A stretch of DNA of 62,868 nucleotides from NCBI GenBank assembly GCA_019058295.1, contig JAHPZI010000025.1:12418-75285 (forward strand). Direction: 5' to 3'. The translations under genes and the position numbers were made by a program. Positions 49,937-60,474 of this stretch are shown here, piece after piece; the stretch's first letter is position 1, and each line of letters opens with the position of its first letter. The DNA comes from Promethearchaeota archaeon. GTDB taxonomy: Archaea; Asgardarchaeota; Lokiarchaeia; Sigyniarchaeales; SOKP01. Below the pieces are notes generated by a model. The model saw only the letters and a program-made list of their open reading frames with translations. It ran no database searches and was not told where the DNA came from.

Positions 49937-50662
49937 TTAATCATTATATTTAGCATTTTTGATTATTGAAAAAGGAATTTTCTCTTCATAAAAAGCTTTA
50001 CCTATGATTACACCATAAGTACCAATTTTTTTAAGATTTTCTATATCCTTTTCATTCCTGACTCCGCCTGCAGCATATACAGGTATTTTAACAGACTTGA
50101 TCATCTTCTCAATATTTCCAAAATCGGGACCAGTAAACGCCCCATCCGCTTCTACAGAAGAGAAGAGGATGTATCCAGCACCTAAATTCTCAAATTTTTT
50201 CCCGAAACTGAATGGATCCTTGTCTGTTTGTTTTGTCCATCCGTGTGTAGAAATCTTTCCCTGTTTATAATCTAAAGCAACAATAATATGTTTAGAACCA
50301 ACCTCATCTGTTAATTTTTTAATAATCTCAGGTTTTTTTATTGCTAACGTTCCAATTATAACTCGGTCAGCACCAATTTTAATAAGTTCTATCGCTGCAT
50401 TAAGGCTTCTAATTCCTCCCCCAATTTGAACTTTTGATTTATTTGATGCTTTTTTTATCATTTTTTTTAATAATTCTTTGTTCTTATCTGAGCCCCATGC
50501 TCCATCTAAATCTACAAAGTGTATTCGTTGTGATCCTTGACTAATCCAAAAATCCAGAGCATCGAGAGGATTCTCGTAATATATTTTTTCAGTTCCCTTT
50601 TCTCCTTTATACAATCTTACGCATTTTCCACTGCTAATATCAATCGCAGGTATTATCTCTAT
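49937..50662 (-). CDS. hisA: ProFAR isomerase HisA; probable ATA start at 50662
   Basis: (M)EIIPAIDISSGKCVRLYKG lies upstream of the track start; HFVDLDGA, QIGGGIR, AAGGV. Confidence 0.95.
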   Translation of the reverse strand: MEIIPAIDISSGKCVRLYKGEKGTEKIYYENPLDALDFWISQGSQRIHFVDLDGAWGSDKNKELLKKMIKKASNKSKVQIGGGIRSLNAAIELIKIGADRVIIGTLAIKKPEIIKKLTDEVGSKHIIVALDYKQGKISTHGWTKQTDKDPFSFGKKFENLGAGYILFSSVEADGAFTGPDFGNIEKMIKSVKIPVYAAGGVRNEKDIENLKKIGTYGVIIGKAFYEEKIPFSIIKNAKYND

Positions 50663-50692
50663 TTTATATCACCCCTTTTGTATTAGGTAAAT

Positions 50693-51484
50693 TTAACCTA
50701 TTAAAATCTTTTTGTAAATAAAATATATAATTCCGATATAAAATATAATTAATATCACTGGTATAAAAAATTCTATTATTGGTAGAATAGATTTATCTTC
50801 TAAAACAATTTCGACAATTATCTGATGATTTTCAATGTACAGCTTATATGATCTTAAAATACCTTGATCATTATACATTGCGTGAATTTTGACATATTCA
50901 GTAGGATAATCACCTTTCAAATCATATTTTTGAATTTCACAGCTTATAGCTGATATGGATCTGGCATCAATAGAGTAACCTTCATATAAATCTATATCTT
51001 TTAAATAATCATCTAATGGAAGAGGTAGCCAAATTGGAGCACAATTCAGAAATATAAAATCATCAGAATAATCTTTTGGATCACAAAAATGTGTAATTTG
51101 GTCTATATAATCATAATCGCCCCATTTATCATCACTCGTCCATGTCCACTTTCTAAAAGTAATACTAAAAAATTCCTCGTTTTTTTGTGATTTGGGGTTG
51201 TATATTTTTAAATCTTTATTAGTTTTTGTAATCCACAATCTCATCTGATTTCCACGTTTTAGATCCTCAAAAAGACCTGTTCCATTAGAATTCCAATTTT
51301 TTCCAAATAAATCCTCCATTTTCTCTTTATCGCATATATTACATTTCCAGATAAATGAATCGCCTTTCTTGACGCCAATATCATAATTTGATGCAACTGC
51401 ATTAGAAGTAGTAATAACAATAAATCCTATAAATACCATTGATATCAATAAAAGCAATTTAATCTTCAAAATTAATTTCCTCAA
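50693..51484 (-). CDS. Secreted, C-terminally anchored protein
   Basis: Signal peptide, YDIGVKKGDSFIW, YNDQGIL, C-terminal TM. Confidence 0.75.
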   Translation of the reverse strand: MRKLILKIKLLLLISMVFIGFIVITTSNAVASNYDIGVKKGDSFIWKCNICDKEKMEDLFGKNWNSNGTGLFEDLKRGNQMRLWITKTNKDLKIYNPKSQKNEEFFSITFRKWTWTSDDKWGDYDYIDQITHFCDPKDYSDDFIFLNCAPIWLPLPLDDYLKDIDLYEGYSIDARSISAISCEIQKYDLKGDYPTEYVKIHAMYNDQGILRSYKLYIENHQIIVEIVLEDKSILPIIEFFIPVILIIFYIGIIYFIYKKILIG

Positions 51485-51511
51485 AATTATAATATTTTGA
51501 ATTATATTTAT

Positions 51512-52759
51512 CTATTTTTTCTCTGACCTTAAAGCATATTTTGTTATTCCAATAAAACTTAATATTAGAAAAATCGTGCTTGCAAAATTATAGGGAAATA
51601 ATATCCAAATTAAAAACCAAATTCCCATAAAGGCTAAATCAAATAAAGTGAAAAAGAGAATACTTTTTCTTAAATATTTCATAGTTATTTCTGAATGTCT
51701 CGGTAAAATAAATATAATTATAGTCAATAACGGAATTAAAATCAGAAGATGATGGTCCCAAGAATCGTAATATCCTAACAGCATAATTATTATGCCAATA
51801 GTAATCCCATAAATTATTTGGTAATTTTCATCAAATTTTCCAATAATGAAAATTATGAATCCAATCCCCCCTATGATACTTAGGACAACAATTAACACAT
51901 ATAGTTGATTAAAGGGAATATTGTATACAAAGCAGAAATTTAAGATTAATTTAGTAATACTAAATGAAAAATTTAAAGTAACGGGATTACTTCCTGTGAA
52001 ATTTGTTTCTATAAAACCCTCCCATAATTTCGGATATGATAGAAATATGAAAATATTTAACGAAACTGGCAAAAAAACTCCAATTAACCTTACGAGGCTT
52101 GTTGAAAAATCACCAGTAAGCTTTTTTCTTCTATTAAAATCTAAATTTATTACTAATAAAAAGGGAATTAAAAATAAAGCTATAGGTTTAAGGATAATAC
52201 TTACCCCTAAAATTAAACTACCAACAAATTGCCATATAAGTTTATCATATTTAATAAAGATGTAAAGAGAGATTAGTATAGAAAGAGTAATATATAAATT
52301 AATTTGCCCTAAAAGATAGTTAAAAATTTGGGGTATTCCTGTCAAATAAATGCAAATATATAAGATAATTCGCTTATCGTCTTCTTCATGATCCTCACCT
52401 TTAACAAATTTACAAATTTTGTATAAAAAAATACAAATCAATATATTAAGAATTAAATTAAAAGTATGGAAAAGTAGGAAACCTAATTCAAAACCTAAAA
52501 GATAAAAAGGGACGAAAAACATTGCAGAGAGAGGCAAATACCTATAATCCCATAAATAATGTTCTTGATCATATAAAGCATTTATATTATTGTAGAATAT
52601 TCCCCCAGCATTAAAGTAAATTATAAAATCATTTTGCTCTCTGAGAATTGTTAGAACAATGATTAACGTGACAATGAAATAACCTAAATGACCTATGACC
52701 GCATATCGAAAAAATTTAAAATTAATCCAGAGTTCTTTGAATCTCTTAATCGGTTTCAT
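51512..52759 (-). CDS. GT-C glycosyltransferase family 87 (DUF2029)
   Basis: DFIIYF, YRYLP, GQIN, LKP, SWDHH; multiple TM. Confidence 0.85.
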   Translation of the reverse strand: MKPIKRFKELWINFKFFRYAVIGHLGYFIVTLIIVLTILREQNDFIIYFNAGGIFYNNINALYDQEHYLWDYRYLPLSAMFFVPFYLLGFELGFLLFHTFNLILNILICIFLYKICKFVKGEDHEEDDKRIILYICIYLTGIPQIFNYLLGQINLYITLSILISLYIFIKYDKLIWQFVGSLILGVSIILKPIALFLIPFLLVINLDFNRRKKLTGDFSTSLVRLIGVFLPVSLNIFIFLSYPKLWEGFIETNFTGSNPVTLNFSFSITKLILNFCFVYNIPFNQLYVLIVVLSIIGGIGFIIFIIGKFDENYQIIYGITIGIIIMLLGYYDSWDHHLLILIPLLTIIIFILPRHSEITMKYLRKSILFFTLFDLAFMGIWFLIWILFPYNFASTIFLILSFIGITKYALRSEKK

Positions 52760-52862
52760 TGAAATTTAAAAGAGTTATACAATTTGCGTAAATTTAATTT
52801 TCTATTAAATTCTTAAATTAAATTAGTAAAATTAATTTTTTTAAATTTTAAAAGGGATTTAA

Positions 52863-54272
52863 ATGAAAACTAGTTTTGGAGTTATAGTTGGGAACCGAGA
52901 TGCATTTCCAGATCATCTTGCAAAAGAGGGAAGGTTAGAAATTATCGCTGTTTTAAAAGAATTAGGTTATGATTTTGTTATTTTAGGAGAAAATGACACA
53001 AATTTTGGAGTAGTAGAAACATATGATGATGCAAAAAAATGTGCTGAAATTTTTAAAGCTAACAGAGAAAAAATCATAGGGGTCTTACTTGTGCTCCCTA
53101 ATTTTGGCGATGAAAAAGGAATTGTTTCGACGCTCAAACTCGCAAACCTAAATGTTCCTGTATTAATTCAAGCATCCTCAGATGAAATCGATAAAATGGG
53201 TAGAAAATTCAGGAGAGATGCTTTTTGTGGAAAAATTTCAGTATGTGGCGTTTTATACCAACATGGAATTCCATTTACTTTAACAACCCTTCACACTTGC
53301 AGTATTAAATCAGATAATTATAAAAATGATATCATAAAATTTGAAAAGGTATGTAAAATCGTTGATAAACTTAAAAATGCTAGATTGGGCCAAATTGGAA
53401 CGAGACCTAATGCGTTTGAAACAGTTCGTTATAGTGAAAAAATCTTAGCATTTAGCGGAATAACCATTGAACCTATAGATTTATCAGAAATCCTTGGATT
53501 TATTAATGAATTGAGTAATGATGATCCCCAAGTCAAAGAAAAAATGGAATTTCTTACTAATTATACCTCAACACGTGAGTTTCCAGAATTAGGTCTTGTC
53601 AAACTCGCAAAATTGGCAGTAGTAATTGATAACTGGGTAAAAGAAAAAGAGTTAGATGGATTTGCTTTTCAATGCTGGCCCTCACTCGAATCAAATTTAG
53701 GGATTGTTCCTTGCGCTGTTATGAGCACTTTTAGTGAAGGATTAGTACCCGCCGCATGTGAAGTGGATGTAGCTGGATTAATCGGGATGTTAATACTTCA
53801 AATTGTTACTGATTCCCCTTCAGCAATTTTAGATTGGAATAATAATTATGGTGATGATCCAAATAAGATGGTATTATTTCACTGTAGTAATTTACCTAAA
53901 TCCTTTTTTCAAGATACTTCAATGACACTACATCCGATTATGAAAGATTTCAGAGGTGAAGACAATACTTTTGGGGCGATTCAAGGACGGATAAAGACGA
54001 AACCTTGCACTCTTCTGCGTGTGGAAACAGATGATATTTATGGTGAAATTAAAGCCATTATTGCTGAAGGAAATTATACAGACGATAAATTAGAAACTTT
54101 TGGTGGATACGGGGTAATAGAAATCCCAAATCTACAGTCTTTACTTAAGAAAATATGTAATAATGGATTTGCTCATCATGTTGCAGCAAACTTAAATAGA
54201 GTTGGAGATATCATCTACGAAGCACTCAACAATTATCTAGCCTGGAATGTTGAATTCCATAATCAAGATTAA
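52863..54272 (+). CDS. L-fucose/L-arabinose isomerase family protein
   Basis: NFGDE, RRDAFCGKIS, QCWP, ACEVD, FHCSN, GFAHH. Confidence 0.88.
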   Translation: MKTSFGVIVGNRDAFPDHLAKEGRLEIIAVLKELGYDFVILGENDTNFGVVETYDDAKKCAEIFKANREKIIGVLLVLPNFGDEKGIVSTLKLANLNVPVLIQASSDEIDKMGRKFRRDAFCGKISVCGVLYQHGIPFTLTTLHTCSIKSDNYKNDIIKFEKVCKIVDKLKNARLGQIGTRPNAFETVRYSEKILAFSGITIEPIDLSEILGFINELSNDDPQVKEKMEFLTNYTSTREFPELGLVKLAKLAVVIDNWVKEKELDGFAFQCWPSLESNLGIVPCAVMSTFSEGLVPAACEVDVAGLIGMLILQIVTDSPSAILDWNNNYGDDPNKMVLFHCSNLPKSFFQDTSMTLHPIMKDFRGEDNTFGAIQGRIKTKPCTLLRVETDDIYGEIKAIIAEGNYTDDKLETFGGYGVIEIPNLQSLLKKICNNGFAHHVAANLNRVGDIIYEALNNYLAWNVEFHNQD

Positions 54273-54292
54273 AATTTCTTTATTTTTTCTTT

Positions 54293-54937
54293 TTATTTTA
54301 GCCTAAAAACATAACTAACTGTATGCTCTTCGCCAAAGATTTCTGATGTTTGTAGTTCTTTATGCATTTTTAGGAGTTTCATACCTAAAGGAGTAAATAT
54401 ATCAATAACCTCTTCTATAAAATATCCTCGTGAGTACATTTTTTCTCCTAATATTTCAATAATCGTATGTTCATCTGGATCTTCTCCCCAAGGCTCATTT
54501 AAGGAAAGATAAAGAAAGCCTCCTTTTTTTAAGGCTCGAGCAATTCTACTCGCAACATCCTTAAATTGTAGCGGTGAAAGCAAGAGCATTGAAAAGGATG
54601 ATACTGCTCCATCGAACATATTCTCATAGTTTAGTTCGGTCATAGATAATTCTTTAAATTCAGCTTGAGGAACATTTCTCTGAGCCACCTTTAACATTTG
54701 GGGTGAAATATCAATACCTAAAACAGAAAATCCTCTTTCAATTAGGAGTTTAGCATAAGGTAGTCCTGTTCCAGAGCCAATATCTAACACTAAACTCTTT
54801 TCAGATAAGAGGGAACAAAATAAATCAAATAAAACATTTAATTCATCAAGCCATATTGGACGATGTTTTTCATATTTTTCAGCTAGATTGTCCCAAGCTG
54901 TCTTATTCAAACTGAGAATATCATCGTCTTTCTTCAT
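54293..54937 (-). CDS. Class I SAM-dependent methyltransferase
   Basis: VLDIGSGTG, GIDISPQML, LKKGG. Confidence 0.92.
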   Translation of the reverse strand: MKKDDDILSLNKTAWDNLAEKYEKHRPIWLDELNVLFDLFCSLLSEKSLVLDIGSGTGLPYAKLLIERGFSVLGIDISPQMLKVAQRNVPQAEFKELSMTELNYENMFDGAVSSFSMLLLSPLQFKDVASRIARALKKGGFLYLSLNEPWGEDPDEHTIIEILGEKMYSRGYFIEEVIDIFTPLGMKLLKMHKELQTSEIFGEEHTVSYVFRLK

Positions 54938-54943
54938 TACTAA

Positions 54944-56041
54944 TCATTTTTTTCTTTTTATTGAAAGGTCCTTATTAAAAAAGCTAGAATCAAGTAATTT
55001 TTGTCTATCCTCAGTCAATTTTGTATATACTTCAAAAGGAAATAAGGTTTCTTTCAAATTATTTTGAAAATTTAAAATTCTTTTTCGAGTGAGATAAATG
55101 GCATATTCGGAAATGTCGCATCCTATCCATTTTCTTTTTAACTTTTCTGCTATTAAAACAGTTGTACCAGAACCGCAAAAAAAATCTGCTATTAAATCAC
55201 CCTCATTACTTCCTAATTTTATTATTCGCTCAAGTAATTTATGATGCTTCTGAGTAGGAAACCCAGTCCATTCTTTAGATGCGGGTTGCATACAAGGTAT
55301 TTTCCACACATCGTCCATTTTTTTATCCTTTACGATGCGGTATACCACATGACCATCTTCACCTTTTACATTTTTTAAAACTCCATTTACCATCTCTCTT
55401 TTGAGTTGTTTCCTAGGTTTTTTACGCTGTATTCTTATCTCGTTAAAAGTATAATTGGAAGTTTTAGAGTAGCACATGATATCATCATGTCCTCTTGGCA
55501 AGTTTCTCTTCCCTGCTGAATATTTATTATAATAATACCATACAATATGATTTACAAACCTATTTTGTCCAAAAACCTCATCCAAGATTGCTCTTATATA
55601 ATGACTTGCGTGCCAGTCTATATGAATAAAAATTAACCCCTTTTTAGATAATAATTCTTTAAATAAAATTATCCTTTCATACAACATCTGCAGATAGGAA
55701 TCTATATTTTTTTCCCAGTGGTCATAATAGGCGATTGAATCGTAATGTAAATCATTGTCTTTTATTTTTATATGGTAATTAGAACCGGAAAAGAAAGGGG
55801 GATCTATGTAAATCAAATCTATTTTTTCTTCAAAATCATTTAGTAGATAATATAAAACGTCTAAATTTTCACCCCAAAATAATTTATTTTTCCATTTGTA
55901 TGAAAAATTTTTTTTTTTAGCGTGTGTTTCAGAAGAGCTTGATAAAATTTCAATTTTCTTAAAATCACTCAGATATTTCTTCTTTAACTTATCTATATTG
56001 CTTGTTATATTATTTTTATCTTCCCAGACTAATTTAACCAT
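54944..56041 (-). CDS. Beta-class N6A/N4C DNA methyltransferase
   Basis: DPPF precedes FPTQK and DFFCGSGT. Confidence 0.92.
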   Translation of the reverse strand: MVKLVWEDKNNITSNIDKLKKKYLSDFKKIEILSSSSETHAKKKNFSYKWKNKLFWGENLDVLYYLLNDFEEKIDLIYIDPPFFSGSNYHIKIKDNDLHYDSIAYYDHWEKNIDSYLQMLYERIILFKELLSKKGLIFIHIDWHASHYIRAILDEVFGQNRFVNHIVWYYYNKYSAGKRNLPRGHDDIMCYSKTSNYTFNEIRIQRKKPRKQLKREMVNGVLKNVKGEDGHVVYRIVKDKKMDDVWKIPCMQPASKEWTGFPTQKHHKLLERIIKLGSNEGDLIADFFCGSGTTVLIAEKLKRKWIGCDISEYAIYLTRKRILNFQNNLKETLFPFEVYTKLTEDRQKLLDSSFFNKDLSIKRKK

Positions 56042-56152
56042 AATTATTTAAAGCTTCAATATTGATTTAAACAAGATGATTGTTAATATATAATTTATAG
56101 ATTATTATAGTTAAAAAAAAATATTGAAGTTTGTTAATATTAATGAAATAAG

Positions 56153-56953
56153 ATGGTTAAAATACATGTAGGATGTGCAGGATGGGACTACAAAGACTGG
56201 GTCGGTCCATTTTATCCTAAAAGACTTGAGAAATATCGTCATTTAGAATATTACGCGAACTATTTCGATTTAACTGAAATAAATACTACATTCTATAATC
56301 TTCCTACTGAAGAAACAGTTTATAAGTGGGCAAATCGCGTTCCAGAAACCTTTAGCTATATTGTAAAAATATGGCAAGAAATTACACATAAATTAAATGA
56401 TCCAGAGATAGAATCTCGTATAGCAGAATTCTTTTATCGAATGCAACCTCTACGTGAGAAAATTGTTGCTTTCCTGTTTCAATTTCCGCCTTGGTTTAAA
56501 TATGCTGATAAGCATCTAAAACGATTAATTTGGTTGCTTAATGAAATTCCCTCAGAATATCAGTACATCATTGAATTACGAGATAATTCATGGTTTGACC
56601 CCAAAATCCTTTCGAAGTTCATAGATGGTTCTCAAAAAATTCTTGGAACTTCATATATCCCATATGCAAAACCATATTACCTCCTTGATCAACAATATTA
56701 CTATATAAGACTTATTGGAGATCGAGAACTCACGGTTTTCAATCGAATTCAAAGAGAACAAAAAGAAACAATGAACCACTTAAATGAAATTGTTAATAAG
56801 CTGATAAAAAAACCGAAAATAAAAGAGATTTTCATCATTGTTAATAACCATTTCGCAGGTTTTGCTCCTGCATCTGCAAATCAACTTAAAAAACAATTTG
56901 GTTTATCATTCCATCGATTTAATCAGCAGAAAAAATTGTCTGACTTTCTTTAA
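56153..56953 (+). CDS. DUF72 (YecE) family protein
   Basis: GCAGWDY, EINTTFY, QFPP, ELR..SW, YIRLIG, NNHF. Confidence 0.93.
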   Translation: MVKIHVGCAGWDYKDWVGPFYPKRLEKYRHLEYYANYFDLTEINTTFYNLPTEETVYKWANRVPETFSYIVKIWQEITHKLNDPEIESRIAEFFYRMQPLREKIVAFLFQFPPWFKYADKHLKRLIWLLNEIPSEYQYIIELRDNSWFDPKILSKFIDGSQKILGTSYIPYAKPYYLLDQQYYYIRLIGDRELTVFNRIQREQKETMNHLNEIVNKLIKKPKIKEIFIIVNNHFAGFAPASANQLKKQFGLSFHRFNQQKKLSDFL

Positions 56954-57041
56954 CGTAAATCTTTTTGAAAATGTTTAATTGAAATTATAAATATTTTCGA
57001 ATTTTAATAATTATAAAATCAAAATAAAAATAGGATTCAAT

Positions 57042-58034
57042 ATGGCTGGATTATCAAGACTTTTTAAAAAAAAATACAGACTTTTTCTCTTAATAACTAT
57101 TTGGTTAGTGATCGGGATTTTTATAGCTGCTTTTAGATTTGGTCTTGGCATATTTATTCTGACTCCATTAATTCCGCTCTGTATTGTCTTATGTGCGATC
57201 TCTTTATTTACAGATTTAAGAGACATGAAATTGCTTACATTTATTATTGTCATTATTATTACAGCGATCTTAGTTTACTTTTTTTATATATTTCGTAATA
57301 CAATAGTTCCATTTTTATTCTCTTTAGCAATAATAAGTTATATTATAATAACAGCATTATTTACACTCTATGCTTGCTACGAAGGGGGTAGAAATTTAGA
57401 TGAATTTATTTACACAAAGTTTCCCAGCCCCACACATCATCTATTTAGATGGTTGGAATTCGCAGGTGGTATAGCTTTAGGGCTTTTAATCATTTGGGCG
57501 ATATATATTTTTACAGGGTCTCAATTAAACCTTATCACATTGATTATTTTTATAACTATTTTAGTGTTAGCGGGAATTGCTGTAATATTGATATTAACAG
57601 GACTTTTTAATGCTTGGCTTGGAACTTTCTCTCTTTATGCTGGAATTTATTTTGCATATTTAGTTGTTGCTTTTCTCTATGGTCCTACGCTACTTCAAAT
57701 GGGTGGCGTTTATCCAATAATGATAGTTATTATTTTTGCTGTATTTGATATCATAATTTTACTCTTTACGATAGGCGTTTTAGTAGGTGATAGAGCAGAT
57801 ATCATTAGCAAGAAGACTAAAATAGGCCCAGATACTATTCTTATGTGGTTAATTTTTTCTAAAGCCGCTTATGAACTTGCGAAATTACTCGATCCTTCAA
57901 CGATTTCATTTAAATATTGGTGGGTATTAGTGATATTTGTAGTTTTGCTTGGAATTGTCGGATTTGTGGGAATTATAAAGTACAAGAAGTTTAAGAGAGC
58001 TATAAAAAGTAAAAGAACTAGGAAAAAGGGGTAA
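57042..58034 (+). CDS. Polytopic membrane protein, tandem paralog 1
   Basis: About 10 TM; NAWLG, MWLIFSKAAYE. Confidence 0.85.
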   Translation: MAGLSRLFKKKYRLFLLITIWLVIGIFIAAFRFGLGIFILTPLIPLCIVLCAISLFTDLRDMKLLTFIIVIIITAILVYFFYIFRNTIVPFLFSLAIISYIIITALFTLYACYEGGRNLDEFIYTKFPSPTHHLFRWLEFAGGIALGLLIIWAIYIFTGSQLNLITLIIFITILVLAGIAVILILTGLFNAWLGTFSLYAGIYFAYLVVAFLYGPTLLQMGGVYPIMIVIIFAVFDIIILLFTIGVLVGDRADIISKKTKIGPDTILMWLIFSKAAYELAKLLDPSTISFKYWWVLVIFVVLLGIVGFVGIIKYKKFKRAIKSKRTRKKG

Positions 58035-58167
58035 TAGAACAACCTTTATTTCTAATAAATTCTTTTTAAATTTTTTTTCAGAGTTAATAATGTTAGAAAT
58101 TAATTAAAAAGGTTTAAATAATCTTAGAATTAATTATCTTTATCAATACTATAAAAGGTTTTTTAAT

Positions 58168-59205
58168 ATGGTAATTGAAGATCTGAAAGCATTGTTTATT
58201 AAAAAGGAAAACATAATTATTTTACTCTTAACTATCTGGTTGATAATAGGATTTACGCTATTTTCATTTATACAGTTTTTTTCTTACGAGATAGCATTGG
58301 CTATTTTCCGACCAATTTTAGGTTTCTGTTTTGCGTTTTTTGTTATATCTCTGGTTACTCGAAGAGATTTAAGAGAATTGAACTGGAAATTGCTCTTATT
58401 GGGAGTAGGTATAGCAGTTGCTATTGCATTTTTGTTTACTGGAATTTGGAGATTCATTGTAACTTTCCTTTATCGATTTGGGATTCTTTCCTACATTTTT
58501 ATCACCGCAATATTTTATATGTATGCTTGCTACAAATACTCATTTAAAGCAGATGAGAAAGCTTCTAAATTGGAGGAACCAAAGAACCATATTTTAAGGT
58601 GGATTATGTTCATTGGAGGAACTCTTCTTTCGTTATTTATAATACGTATTGTTGCTATAGTTGGAATAAATTGGGCTAGAAGATCTCCTAAAATAGTAAA
58701 TGGCCTCGCTTTAGTCGGGATTATAATCATGGTTATAATGGTTGTTTTAGCTGTACTTGGCATTTTAACTCTATTTATTAAGCGATTGAATGCCTGGCTT
58801 GGTGTATTCTTTCTACTCGTAACATTCTTAGCGATTTATCTTATGTTTAGTGCTTACTATGCATTAGGCTCTAGCGGGAATACCACTTCTGATTTATGGA
58901 TGCAAATTGGACTATATCTATTTGATTTAGGATTGATAATATACACAATATCAACAATTATAGGAGAAAAATCAGAAAAAATTAGTGAAACACTAAAAAT
59001 TTTGAAAGTTGATGCTATAATCATGTGGTTGATCTTTTCCAAAGCAGCATACGAACTTGCTGTTGCCGCTGATCCTAGAATTGCTGCTGATTTATTGAAT
59101 AGCGTATTAGGATTCCTCCTTTTTATTCCATTACTAATAATAGCTGGTATCTTTGGAATAATAAAATACGGTAAAATTAAAGAAGAAAGAGAATCGGCTG
59201 TATAA
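58168..59205 (+). CDS. Polytopic membrane protein, tandem paralog 2
   Basis: About 10 TM; NAWLG, MWLIFSKAAYE. Confidence 0.85.
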   Translation: MVIEDLKALFIKKENIIILLLTIWLIIGFTLFSFIQFFSYEIALAIFRPILGFCFAFFVISLVTRRDLRELNWKLLLLGVGIAVAIAFLFTGIWRFIVTFLYRFGILSYIFITAIFYMYACYKYSFKADEKASKLEEPKNHILRWIMFIGGTLLSLFIIRIVAIVGINWARRSPKIVNGLALVGIIIMVIMVVLAVLGILTLFIKRLNAWLGVFFLLVTFLAIYLMFSAYYALGSSGNTTSDLWMQIGLYLFDLGLIIYTISTIIGEKSEKISETLKILKVDAIIMWLIFSKAAYELAVAADPRIAADLLNSVLGFLLFIPLLIIAGIFGIIKYGKIKEERESAV

Positions 59206-59353
59206 GAATTATCGAATAAATTTTCAATACCTTAAACTCTTTTTTTTTTATTTCTGTTATTACTTTATTATCGGTACTTAATCTTAGCTCCAAAAATTTT
59301 AAATAATTATAGTATTATTAATTTTTTACTAAAAAAATATTTGGTGTAGATAA

Positions 59354-60391
59354 TTGTTTACAGAACTTAAAAAGCTTTTTTTAGAAAAGGAATACAGACT
59401 ATTTCTTATACTATTTCTTTGGCTCTTAATCGGATTTACAATATTTCAATTTAAAGACTTTCTCCCAATATGGATAGGATATCTAATCTTTTTACCATTA
59501 TTAGTGATATGCGCTATACTCTTTATAATTTCATTGATTTTTCGAGCGAATCTGAAAGAACTGACTTTTAAAAGAACCATTATATACTGTATAATTGCTG
59601 CTGTGATTGTCATTATTTTTATTTACATTGCTGCTGTATTATTTTTATTTTTGTTCACACTAGCTATAATTTCCTATGTGCTCATTACTGCGACATTCTA
59701 CATGTATACGTGTTATAACTATAGTGTAGATTTAGATGAAAAAATCAATAAAATTGGAGGGATCTGGAGAAATCTTTTGAGATGGGGTGTGTTTCTAGGA
59801 GGAACTATTATTTCTATAATAATAATGTTAATAATTGTTATTCTTGGAATATATTGGGGAAAAATAGGGAGTGAGATTCAATTTTCATTTGGTGCAATGG
59901 CTATTGCTATGATGGTTATTATGATCTTTCTATTAGTTATAGGAATCATAACACTATTAAGAGGCAAGTTAAATGCTTGGTTAGGCCTTTTCTTTTTATT
60001 TGTATGCATATATTACTTATATTTAATGATTAGTGCCTTCTACATCCTGAAATCTGATGGTGAGACTGCTTATGACATAGGACCACGAATATTACTCTAT
60101 GTTTTTGATGTTATATTAATAATCTATACTACTACATCTTTAATAGGAACTAAAACAGAAGTTCTGAGTGAAAAACTTAAATTTATTAAACCTGATGGTG
60201 TGTTAATGTGGTTGTTTTTTTCCAAAGCAGCTTACGAATTCGCCAAAGGGGGTATAGAAAACATTAATATTGCTGCTTTCAATGCTATAGCTGGAATATT
60301 ACTATTCGTTGTATTATTTTTTATAGCTGGTTTGTATGGAATTAAAGCATATGGTAAAAGAAAAAAGGATACTAAGGAATCTGAAGATTAA
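59354..60391 (+). CDS. Polytopic membrane protein, tandem paralog 3
   Basis: About 10 TM; NAWLG, MWLFFSKAAYE. Confidence 0.85.
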   Translation: MFTELKKLFLEKEYRLFLILFLWLLIGFTIFQFKDFLPIWIGYLIFLPLLVICAILFIISLIFRANLKELTFKRTIIYCIIAAVIVIIFIYIAAVLFLFLFTLAIISYVLITATFYMYTCYNYSVDLDEKINKIGGIWRNLLRWGVFLGGTIISIIIMLIIVILGIYWGKIGSEIQFSFGAMAIAMMVIMIFLLVIGIITLLRGKLNAWLGLFFLFVCIYYLYLMISAFYILKSDGETAYDIGPRILLYVFDVILIIYTTTSLIGTKTEVLSEKLKFIKPDGVLMWLFFSKAAYEFAKGGIENINIAAFNAIAGILLFVVLFFIAGLYGIKAYGKRKKDTKESED

Positions 60392-60474
60392 ATAATATCT
60401 CGTAAATTTTTAATTCTTTTTTTTTAATATTCAATTAAATTAAATTTAAATAAATCCAATTTGACTATATTTTT

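Noticed and set aside
57830-57880. Rhodopsin-like Lys in FSKAAYE
   Set aside because: No DxxxK/SxxxK spacing and about 10 rather than 7 TM
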